The notes beneath the pieces are model-generated. The model did no database searches, was not told the DNA's origin, and was given only the letters and a program-made list of their open reading frames with translations. DNA of 64,000 bases from Laetmonice hystrix (taxonomy: Eukaryota). The stretch's first letter is position 1. Every line of letters begins with the position of its first letter. Both the position numbers and the translations under genes were made by a program. Below, piece by piece: positions 12,004 to 22,800 of this stretch. The stretch covers positions 22,692,001 to 22,756,000 of the forward strand of contig OZ249443.1 in assembly GCA_965235115.1 (NCBI GenBank), in the 5' to 3' direction.

Positions 12004-12639
12004 GACCATTATAGTGGGTCTATTCTTGGAAAGACGTTTCTTATAACATATGTCTAGCTATAATAAATGTGTGAGATTTGTAAGTATGGTGGTGTTTTTT
12101 GTTATATTTTTGACACCCTGTATTTAATGATGCACTGTAATTTCGCAAAGAACTACAAAACTCCGGCGTTTGGGCGTAACCATAACACGCTAAACCCAAG
12201 CAGGCGGTTCTGTGCCTGAAAGATTTTACTTTAGAGGAAGGCTGGCAAGTATAACAAACATGTACAAGATGACGGAGATTTATTTTCATCGCTCCACCAT
12301 ACATGACGATAGAGTGATGGAAGTCGGTGGTCAGTGGTCCAAGAACGATGACGTGACCAGGAGAGGTCCAGGAGGTGTCCGGGAGGGGGCGCTGTCCGTC
12401 AGTGGGTGCAGGGCGCCTGCTGCAGCACCTGCTGGCACGGATTGACGGCGCCCAAATGGCCGTGATTAGAGTGGAGGTTCAGAGGTAGTTCTGGCACTCA
12501 ACCATTATCAACTGCTCGGAGATGTTGACGGAGGGTGGTGGCGGGACTTTGGGCTAGTGAAACTACTTCTTCCAGGTACATGTTGTTTAAGGAGTTGTTA
12601 GGCTTGCTATAGAAAGAACAAAGCCTGATGTCATTTAGT

Positions 12640-13022
12640 GCTCTCTCCACTTCTCTCTATCTCTGCTTCTCCCTCTCTCTGCTTCTCTCTTTACATCTCT
12701 CCATCTCTCTCCGCTTCTCTCATGCGCTTCTCTATCTCTCCGCTCCTCTATCTCTCTGCTTCTCTCTTTATCTCTGTGCTTCTCTATCTCTATCTCTCTG
12801 CTTCTCTCTCTATCTCTCTCCGCTTCTCTCTCCCTGTCCCTGAATTGGGGAAGAGTACCAAATTGCGTCTCTCTTTACATCTCTCCATCTCTCTCCGCTT
12901 CTCTCTCCGCTTCTCTATCTCTGTGCTTCTATCTCTATCTCTATCTCTCTGCTTCTCTCTCTCTATCTCTCTCCGCTTCTCTCTCCCTGTCCCTGAATTG
13001 GGGAGGAGTACCAAATTGCGTC
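12640..13022. repeat. CT-rich microsatellite with a local ~153-bp duplication
   Basis: The non-repetitive 36-mer CTGTCCCTGAATTGGGGA(A/G)GAGTACCAAATTGCGTC occurs at 12834 and 12987. Confidence 0.9.
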
Positions 13023-13044
13023 CTTCTGAGCACAACTTTTTTCG

Positions 13045-13497
13045 CTAAAACTTGTCAAAAAAATGTATTCTCTTACGCGCCTTGCCCACCTGAGAGACGA
13101 TCCCGTACCTACTATCTTTCACATCTCCAGTGTTTGAAGTGAATCCTACAAAAGGTTGCTCCAGTGTGATCTGAACGGCACCTGTCTGATGGAGGATTCC
13201 ATAGTCTGACTGAGGCCATCGAGGCCGCGCGGGAATGTAGACAATCGGGAAAGGAATGCATCCGCAGGCAACGCCGGCTGGGACCAGGTCAAAGGTCAGA
13301 TCGGGATGGTGTTCGGCGCCGGATGTCCCCCCCCCCCGTCCCCGGATCAGATCAGATCTTGGTGTCCTACAGTCAGTGTTGTAACCTTCAAATTTGAATC
13401 CGGCCTCAGTGATGGATCCAGAGGAGCTTGCCCTGTAAAATCTGGCTGAAAAGAAAATCCTGGATCCTCTATTTCCAGAGCAAGGGGCTTCAAACAA
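13045..13497 (-). mobile_element. Probable decayed LINE APE-endonuclease fragment
   Basis: FEGYN...RGRGGG...IVYIP pattern typical of non-LTR endonuclease domains; catalytic motifs eroded. Confidence 0.4.
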
Positions 13498-14722
13498 ATC
13501 CTAGATAGGGTACTGCCGGGGCGGGGGGTTGGCGGTTGGGGGTTGGCCAGTGTTTATTGTTTGGTATAGTTTATGTTCAAGATGATTTGATGTTTGTCGT
13601 TTTATCGAAAACCCCACGGCTCCACAGACCATACAAGTCCTGTCGAGAAACCCACCAGACAACCCGGATAACCTGCCCCCAAGCGGGTCTGCGGGGAGTT
13701 AAAAGGCCACCTAGACCAGCCCGGTGCCCCTCCTAACGCCGGGTCTAGATCCTGCCCTGATACTGGCGCCATCCACGGAGTGCACTACCCGAAACCCCAG
13801 CCAACTTCACCCCCCCCCCCGCCCCCCCCTCCCCTATACATTCACACCTGTGCCTACCCTCGACCTCCCAACCCCAGCATCCTAACCCTCACCAGCCAAC
13901 CTTCCTTCTGATGGACTTACATGCACCAGATACTTGTCAGACCCGCTGTTGCTAAGGTTACTGGATGCTATATCCAATATGACATTTTGCCCGATGCTAC
14001 ATAATGTTTTTAACAGACCCTCTTCATGTCTATATCCTGAGGTTGCTAGCCAGAGTTTGAATCGAATAAATACATCAGAAGGGCAGGAACGAATTGTTAA
14101 CCCCATTTCATGTGAACTTTTCTCAGACCAACTTCCGTGATTTCTTTTCTTTTCACACCGTTTGTTATCAATAGTAAAGTAGTAACGTACCGGTAGTATA
14201 ACATAAAACATTTTCAATTTCATTTTCAGTTATTTCGTATAACATTTATAATTTTTAAGGAGAAATACTGGGCGAATCTCTATCGACACACAAACTGTGG
14301 CCCGTCCCCTAACATAGGCCTACTCTCAAACCATTCTGGACCGAAAAATAAACTAATACATAAAATAAAGTTCAGTAGACTCTTATTTTTCCCCCTTAAT
14401 TCCTCTTATTTGATTCACTATCCAGTCTTTTCTTCGTCAACAACAGTAATAGAGTGATAAACATAGGTGACACTAGCGCCACCACGCGGGACGCAGGCGA
14501 TGACGTAACAGTCGTGGTTGTTTCCAGCTGTTGTACATTGGAATCTTGCCACCGTCGGTAACCTTTCACTGAGCACTTCGGCCAACTTCTGTTGAACTGT
14601 GTTGATTAGCCTATACACCCTTCGGTTTCTGGTTCGGAACGATGGAGGACCATGATAAATGACGATGTTTGAACTTCGGGTTAGAATCGATGGTGAGAGC
14701 TAGGAGAGGCCAGCCATTTTAA

Positions 14723-15062
14723 AGGTGCTATTCGTGAACCAAAATTCAATTTTTTTATTTTAAATTTTGTTGACGTTTATGTGATCCCACCTATCATGGA
14801 AATAGATTCACAACAAAGGAAATCAAAATTTTTCATGGATAACGGCACAAATGGGGCTCTCTCAGAAGGCCTGTGGAGACCCTGACACGCCCCACCATAG
14901 AAAATGGCTCTATCTCGGTGCGCACCGAGATAGGTTTCAAATGCTGCACACAAACTAATAGAAGGTTTATCAGGCCAATGGTATCGGTAGGAATTTTTTC
15001 TAGTACTATGTGCACAATGTATGATAGGAGAAATGGCATTCTGTGCGAGACGAATAGCACCT
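14723..15062. mobile_element. Kolobok-type MITE (TTAA TSD, AGG ends)
   Basis: Perfect 13-bp TIR AGGTGCTATTCGT; TTAA at 14719-14722 and 15063-15066. Confidence 0.85.
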
Positions 15063-15319
15063 TTAATGCGAGAATTTTGTATTTGAAAATGGCAAAGAAG
15101 GGGTTCCAGCAGGAATCGAACATGGTTAGATATATAGGCCTAGTCGTGTTGGAAATAGAGGCCTATTCCTGGGTCGGCCATACATGACTCGACCGTGCTA
15201 ACTGACCGACGATCAGGCCGCACATCGACGACTGAAATCTTGTCGGGAGAGGAGTGCATCTAAAAGTCTCCGGAAATGTCAGCCAGAGCACTGGGGGTCC
15301 AGGCCCAACCTATGATAGA

Positions 15320-15412
15320 CACTTCTGATTGGCTACGGCAACTAACCAATCAGAAAGTGTTAAGCTCAAGCTTGAGCTCAAGCTTGAGCTTAAGTTTTCA
15401 AGAATCGGGAAC
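15320..15412. mobile_element. Palindromic element with inverted CCAAT pair and a perfect 34-bp palindrome
   Basis: GATTGG 15327 / CCAATC 15346; TTAAGCTCAAGCTTGAGCTCAAGCTTGAGCTTAA at 15360-15393. Confidence 0.65.
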
Positions 15413-15829
15413 CAGACACATCCTGTACATTATGACTCGTTCTATCTTCTTGCTGCACTGAATCGGGGTCAAACTTAAGTAACCTTTTTCAAATGAAACC
15501 AAGCACAAAAAATCACATCTGAAATCCAGTCACTGGTCCAAAGTAAATCTCAACATGGAGGGAAATCACAAAGAATACAATCTTCCAGACAGTTTGAAAT
15601 GGCTTTATGCCACGCAGTCTCAAAAACTTTAGCAAAGCCCTTTTCAGCATCTGAAAATTTCTGTTCTGTATTACCCTAAATGAAGTAACGTTAATATCTC
15701 TAATGAGGCCGAGGTCGAGCTCTTCTTCTTCTGAACCTGGGATCGTGGGTGGACTGCACGAGATGAATTTTCTTCCTGCATGAACCGGAAGTGACCCCTT
15801 AGGTAGGAATCTTAGATGAGGATCGACGT

Positions 15830-16255
15830 TAAAATAAAAGGTTGGTCCCAGTTTTTACAGGCCATGCACACAGGCCGTGAAATTTTAAGCAAGTTAGAAA
15901 AGATTTTAAAACATTTGGCGCTCAAATAGTTAAGATAAGCATTTCAGTGCCGGGGCCTGCTCAGCGGGTAGATGCCGCCCTAGCGTCTGCTAATTTGACG
16001 TCACAGTGCCGCGACCAATCACAGCACGACTGCTCTCCAGTTTAGGAGGACGAAAACCCTACACACATACAGTTTTGAGCGATTCGGAAGGTAGTGAACG
16101 TTGGCAGCTTACATGAGCCATATTTGTTAGAACCTAGACGGAAACTATCGATAGTCACGAGGATTCGCTAGGAATTAGGCCTACCGACATTAGCGTGTAC
16201 ATCAGTGTGTAGGGACTACGCGGATTTGGGCCGCCGTGGCGTTGGTTTCGGTTCT
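15830..16255. repeat. Uninterrupted copy of the dispersed repeat at 8210-8581 + 9792-9870
   Basis: Colinear similarity across the point where the LINE sits in the first copy. Confidence 0.85.
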
Positions 16256-16259
16256 ATCA

Positions 16260-16640
16260 GATCTACACGAACTTTTTATAGAATTGTTTGTGATAATAAG
16301 CCCCGGGCAGAAGTCTCCGCACTGATATCTCTATATTATAATCAGGTAGCTTACACCCTTATAGACCTACGTGTGAATGTCGGATACCAGGGTGGTCCTT
16401 TCACATCCGTGCTACCCGTATTATTATCCCCTCGCTCCAAACTGGGTGGTCTGATAAAAATCCTTCCACACCAGAATTCATTGGGAATGGCTGGGTTTCT
16501 ACATTTCTTCGGGAGCTTAAACGTCTAACAACAATAATTTCGTCATGTAAAATATTGGTAAATGAATAAAATAAAATTCGAAGAACCCGCAAGACCACCT
16601 GACTTTTCCTCTTCCTTATAGCAGTATGTTTATACATGTA
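16260..16640 (-). mobile_element. Decayed L1/Tx1 ORF2 fragment (post-RT region)
   Basis: YKEEEKSGGLAGSSNF and WSEGIIIRVARM resemble L1 EGGL..PNF and W..RGI.RV motifs; many stops. Confidence 0.4.
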
Positions 16641-17245
16641 GGCCTAATAGGCCGTTGTGTTTTTCGATCATATCTTTGGAATGCTCTTGGGGGAAAAACA
16701 CACAAAAATCTTGAGCAAGGAGTAACACGAAGCAGTCGATATAAATGGCTCTAACTACTGATAATACTTTGACTGATAAACCTTGGCGTCTGAATCTAAA
16801 CGATCCCTACACCTCGATAAGAACACGTATACCTAAACCCCGACTTCTGAAAATAAACCCGCTCAACGCCAGCACCCCCCGTGTCGCGTTTAATTTCCCG
16901 TCTACCCCCTAGGTGGAGCCTGAACACTGCCCCACCCCATCCACACCCACCCTGACTCCCACCTCGAGATATACAACCCCGTTATCTTTGAACCCCGTTT
17001 AACCTTTCACCCCTAAACGTACGACCATGGTTCTACTGCTAATCGCCACTTTTTACTTTTTGGTCTGCTTTGACTAGCCAAGCCTGACCTTCAGGAAGAA
17101 CTTCGAATCTAAGCATTGACAACCGGGGACCAGAGGGCGTCCCGTACGCTAGAATAGTTAAAAAGTTAGGCTCAGTACTATGAAAATATTATAATCTGGT
17201 TAATGAATTGTGAAAGTCAGAGAAACAGTAAACAGTTGGCTTTCT

Positions 17246-17645
17246 CCTCTATAGAACATAGAGAAATATCACTTGTACTACTTCTCTATAGAACAGAGAA
17301 ATATCACTTGTACTACTTCTCTATAGAACAGAGAAATATCACTTGTACTACTTCTCTATAGAACATAGAGATATATCACTTGTACTACTTCTCTATAGAA
17401 CATAGAGAAATATCACTTGTACTACTTCTCTATAGAACAGAGAAATATCACTTGTACTACTTCTCTATAGAACATAGAGAAATATCATTTGTACTACTTC
17501 TCTATAGAACATAGAGAAATGTCGATTGTACCAATCCTCTATAGATCATAGAGAAATATCACTTGTACTACTTCTCTATAGAACTTAGAGAAATGTCGAT
17601 TGTACTAATTCTCTATAGATCATAGAGAAATATCAGTTGTACTAT
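17246..17645. repeat. 35/37-bp minisatellite, about 11 copies
   Basis: Unit CTCTATAGAACATAGAGAAATATCACTTGTACTACTT, with a variant lacking TA. Confidence 0.95.
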
Positions 17646-17997
17646 ATAGGCACTGCCCTCTCAAGGTCTATTTTCAGATAAAAGAAGAAGCGATATAAAA
17701 AAAAAGCACAACATCATTATTAAAAGAAAGAAAGCATGATATTTAAGATGAAAGTTGAGCTGACGAACAGGCCAATCCCAAGTCATCATGTCTGTGGTGG
17801 TTATGACTCCCGCTGGCGGCCCTGTCAGTTATATTTAACATGTAAAACTCATCCCGCCAGACGGTTTCAGGCTCAAGGTGCACGTGTTCTACCTTGGCCT
17901 CACATTATAGACAGCCAACTCCGCGCCAAACAGGCCACATCAACTTTCAGTACGTTCACCTGCAGCCGAAGTCTCTTGTTAGTGTCACTCGTGGAAA

Positions 17998-18075
17998 GAG
18001 AGAGCGAGAGCGAGAGCGAGAGAGATAGACAGAGAGACAGAGAGACAGACAAACACACAGACAGAGACAGATAGA
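17998..18075. repeat. GA/GACA microsatellite
   Basis: GAGAGC, GAGA and GACA runs. Confidence 0.85.
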
Positions 18076-18320
18076 TGCACAGAGAGCTATAACCTTGTAC
18101 TGCAACAAGTAGATAGAGCAGTTTTACAAAAGACAGAGACAGAGAGCTGCACAGAGCAGTTTTACGAAAGATCTATAATAATGTGATCAACCTTCATTAG
18201 GGCATGGCCAACAACAGGCCTGCCTCAAATAGTTTTCTTTAGAGGGTGTTGCCACCCCCCACCCCCACCCCGGACAAAAAATGATAGACCCAATAAGGTA
18301 GCGATGAGCGAACTGCTGCA

Positions 18321-18368
18321 TCAGCGCCCCCTGGGAAGAATCACGTGACATGTGCTGCCACCTATCGG
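18321..18368 (-). promoter_or_regulatory. Pair of CTCF-like motifs downstream of JMJD4
   Basis: Reverse complements read CCCAGGGGGCGCTGA and CCGATAGGTGGCAGCA. Confidence 0.4.
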
Positions 18369-19191
18369 TGTTCGTCTCTACAAGATAAACCCGACTAGAC
18401 ATTTTTCCGGTTGAGTACCACGTATCCCGACTCAATCGGGTGACCCTAGTTTCGTGCCGTGTCGACAACTAAACCCATCCTCAATTGTAGAGTAAATGGT
18501 CCCCACCCAAAGTCAAAATGTTGCTTTCCTTCCAAATTGGCTTTTCAATATATTGCCATTCTAATCAAGTAATAACGTAACAGCGTTACGTAATAACGTA
18601 ACATGTTTGGCATTCTCAGATTATATTTCACACATGATCTAGAACTAAGAGGATTTTTCACGTGTTAATACATACATTCATGACATCAATCAACGAAGGA
18701 ACACTCAATATTTATAAAAATTGACCTACCTCAGCCTGAAGGTCCCTATTTAACAGTATACCTACCGTCTTCACTCTGCTACTCATCATTTGTCATCATT
18801 CGCGCGAAGTTCCCGAAATCTCAGTGCCCGAGGACATTGGCGTTTGCGAGCAGATATTGTATTCCCGATCGTTCGCGACAAAATTCATCGTCCGATTTTC
18901 GCGACTCATAAATATGCAATTACTGAACTGGATATCAAATTATGCAACAGGAAAAGTTTAATATTTCTTAGCAAAAGGGGGCGTTTCATAATGTTTAAAG
19001 AGAATACATCTGGGGGGGGGGGGGGGTGTAAAAAGAGCAGACCTGTTATAATAGCCTACCGGTACCAATTTCTCCTATAGCTCGGCAACAATCAGCACAC
19101 AAGCCCACTGAATGTCGTTTGACTAGTTGAGAGTTGGCATGGATTTTGTATCAGCTCATCCGCCATGGGGCCAATATAGTGTGTTTCACAC

Positions 19192-19197
19192 TTTATT
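19192..19197 (-). terminator. Candidate JMJD4 polyadenylation signal
   Basis: AATAAA on the minus strand about 170 nt after the stop codon. Confidence 0.35.
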
Positions 19198-19366
19198 TCA
19201 CCCTTATATAAAATCTTTTCGTAAAATAGGTGTCCGATCCACTCAGAAAGGTAGGCTAAAAATTGAACTGTTTTGGCCATCTCCATAATGTCCAATATAA
19301 AATTCCCGGTGCACATTGTACATGTATTACCCTTAATACGAGTTCACTAAACTCTAATAAAATCTT

Positions 19367-19840
19367 TCACCTGTACCACTGAGAACATACCCCATCTAAT
19401 TTCTCCAGTAAGTTATTCGGGCAGGTCGGCTCTGCTATCTGGACCTCCAGGAACTCTGTCGTTTTTAACATATTCCTGAGAACTTTACCAATCTGCAAGA
19501 GATCAAACACGTAATGAAATATGGCTCCTTGACTATTGCTCAGACGGTCCTCGCCTGAAGCTCCGCCGAAAGTTTCCCGAGTGAGCAAGTCTTTCATGAC
19601 TGATGGGTTTGGACTACTGTCCGCCACAGACAAATCCTGAAGGCCGATAGAATCACTCTCATCTCCACAGAAGGTATCACAGATATGGTTCGGCTGTTTA
19701 GTATCAACACATACACATTGTTTACCACACAGTTGACAATTTTTACATGATTCCAAGAGTTCAAGGCGTTTTTGGGCGATCGTGTGTAGAAACTTGTAAA
19801 ACTCGGCATAGTCGATTCCACTGGTGGCCTTTAGCAACAA
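19367..19840 (-). CDS. JMJD4: JMJD4 coding exon 8 (last)
   Basis: Acceptor TTTACAG at 19841; LLLKATSGIDYAEFYKFL...QWYR; TGA at 19367-19369. Confidence 0.9.
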   Translation of the reverse strand: MLLKATSGIDYAEFYKFLHTIAQKRLELLESCKNCQLCGKQCVCVDTKQPNHICDTFCGDESDSIGLQDLSVADSSPNPSVMKDLLTRETFGGASGEDRLSNSQGAIFHYVFDLLQIGKVLRNMLKTTEFLEVQIAEPTCPNNLLEKLDGVCSQWYR

Positions 19841-22800
19841 CTGTAAACAAAACGAAAATGTAGCCAGAACGGAGCACTTGGGGTGTGGGTAAGTATTAAC
19901 TGTCTTTTATTCCTCTTAGCTAATATGGCTACCATAGAACCACTGAACATCATCATATAATATTACCATCAATTTTACAAATATATTTTTTTTTAAAGAC
20001 AAAACTTTACAAAACTCTGCAGGACAGTATATGTATGTAATGTGGCCTAACCTGACACTGCTGACCCCACTCGTCCATCTCCCGGCAATCACTGATCTCA
20101 CGTTGGACATCAGCTAGGCTCGTCCTGAGAAACTCCCAGCTAATGTCCACGTTACAACCATTCAACCAGTTATGGTTGATGGATATCGTGTCCTCCTGTG
20201 CCAAAAAACATGATGGTAAATCATAAATATGATCATGATAAACATGATGGTAAATCATAAATATGATCATCATAAACATGATGGTAAATCATAAATATGA
20301 TCATGATAAACATGATGGTAAATAATAAATATGATCATCATAAACATGATGGTAAATCATAAATATGATCATCATAAACATGATGGTAAATCATAAATAT
20401 GATCAGATAAACATGAAGGTAAACCATAAATATGATCATCATAAACATGATGGTAAATCATAAATATGATCATCATAAACATGATGGTAAATCATAAATA
20501 TGATCATCATAAACATAATGGTAAATCATAAATATGATCATCATAAACATGATGGTAAATCATAAATATGATCATCATAAACATGATGGTAAATCATAAA
20601 TATGATCATCATAAACATGATGGTAAATCATAAATAGTGTATGAACCCGCCATATTTCGGACCATCCTGCTAACCCACCCACCTGTTGACCATCCTCCTA
20701 ACCCACCCACTGCTGACCATCCTCCTAACCCACCCACTGCTGACCATCCTCCTAACCCACCCACCTGCTGACCATCCTCCTAACCCACCCACCTGCTGAC
20801 CATCCTGCTATCCCGTCATCCTGACACCAACCTGCTGACCATCCTGCTATCCCACCCACCTGCTGGCCATCCTGCTAACCCACCCACCTGTTGACCATCC
20901 TGCTATCCCACCATCCTGACACCAACCTGCTGACCATCCTGCTATCCCACCAGCCTGCTGACCATCCTGCTAACCCACCTACCTGCTGACCATGCTGCTA
21001 TTCCACCATCCTAACAGCAACCTGCTGACTATCCTGCTATCCCACCATCCTCACACCAACCTGCTGACCATCCTGCTATCCCACCAACCTGCTGACCATC
21101 CTGCTATCCCACCAACCTGCTGACCATCCTGCTAACCCACCGTCCTGACACCAACCGGCTGACCATCCTGCTAACCCACCATCCTGACACCAACCTGCTG
21201 ACCATCCTGCTAACCCACCGTCCTGCTGACCATCCTGCTAACCCACCAACCTGCTGACCATCCTGCTAACCCACCATCCTGACACCAACCTGCTGACCAT
21301 CCTGCTAACCCACCGTCCTGCTGACCATCCTGCTAACCCACCAACTTGCTGACCATCCTGCTATTCCACCAACCTGCTGACCATCCTACTACCCCACCAC
21401 CTTGCTGACCATCCTGCTATCCCACCAACCTGCTGAGCATCCTGCTATCCCACCATCCTGACACCAACCTGCTGACCATCCTGCTTACACACCGTCCTTC
21501 TGACCATCTTGACCGAAAAAGCCACCACAATTTCCATGCAATATGAGACTCCCTCAACTATTTTTATTCAGAAGCTGCTTAACATTTTACTTTTCTGGAC
21601 CTTGTTAACTGTTAAACCTACTAATGTCTGAATAATGATAAAACCTACCAAATTAAAAACTTGGTGATGCCATCCACTTGGTACAAAGATGACCTCTCCC
21701 GTGCATTGAATGACCTCTAACCTGCGTCTGACCTTTGCATACTTCGGGTACATATTCTGGTCCGCAAGATCGGAAGATCTCAAGTCATAAACCAGCTGGC
21801 CAAACTTGTCCTTCAAAAATTCTTCCTCACCTAAAAATATTAACATACCCAAACAATGTACTAGTATTGAAATCTAAGGTATGATTCTCTAATCATTGCT
21901 GAGAAACCATGTTCTCTAATCACTGCTGAGAAACCATGTTCTCTAATCATTGCTAAGAAACCATGTTCTGGATTAACGTCTAACCTGGGGGATGTATCCA
22001 CCACATCTTGCGACCGCAGATGTTGGCGGACCAGCTGTAGGAGCGCAGAACATCTGCATGGAGAGGCGTCCTGCAACAACGTTCAACTGTTCAATTATTC
22101 TTCGATTGAACATCTTCCCTACAAAAACCAGGAGCTGTAAAGAAAACTACTGGAGTCGCAATGTACCAGTGTTCCTTCTAAGGTGAAACAATACAATGTT
22201 GTTTGTTTCTGGTTTCTGGCCAACTGTGTCAAAACCCTCCCAACTCAAAAAATGTTTCTGGTCTGACGGACAACGGGCACATATATTGAAAAACATGTAT
22301 ATTTATACTAAAATAGAACATTTAAAAAAATTACCTACCTACCCTAAGAAAAACGGAAACAAACAACTTATTTGTTAGGCCTAACGCCGTGTCAGATACT
22401 GTTAGAAAATTCTCTCCACATACCATGACCCTTTCGGTCCAATGTAGACAAATCTATAATCGTCACACTCGTCGGATCGTGTGTCCCAGAATTCATTGAG
22501 CCAATCGGAGGTAAAGTAGTCAGGTGTTGTGTATGCTCCATATTCTGGAAATATTCTTTGTAAACATAAACATCAGTTGATATATACAGTAGTGGCCCAA
22601 AACACCGAGTTATCATGATGTAATAGTGTCTAACCTTCTTGCCAGAAACTTTTCGCAGTATAGCAGTAATGACAATCTTTTGTTTTAAAGGAAATCATTA
22701 AAAAAAATGCATCCTACCGTGAAAAAGTTTTGCTAAAATGGAATATTGTATGTACAGCGAAATGGCCACTCCCTGGAAAACGGTTACGGAGAAACCTGCT

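Noticed and set aside
17688-17705. AAGCGATATAAAAAAAA identical to the 3' end of the 8582-9791 LINE
   Set aside because: The match is limited to about 17 nt, mostly A; upstream sequence does not align, so a second LINE copy is not supported.
19361-19372. Extra JMJD4 exon via the donor-like AG|GTGAAA at the stop codon
   Set aside because: The protein already reaches the region matching the known JMJD4 C-terminus, and I found no downstream exon. It cannot be fully excluded without cDNA.
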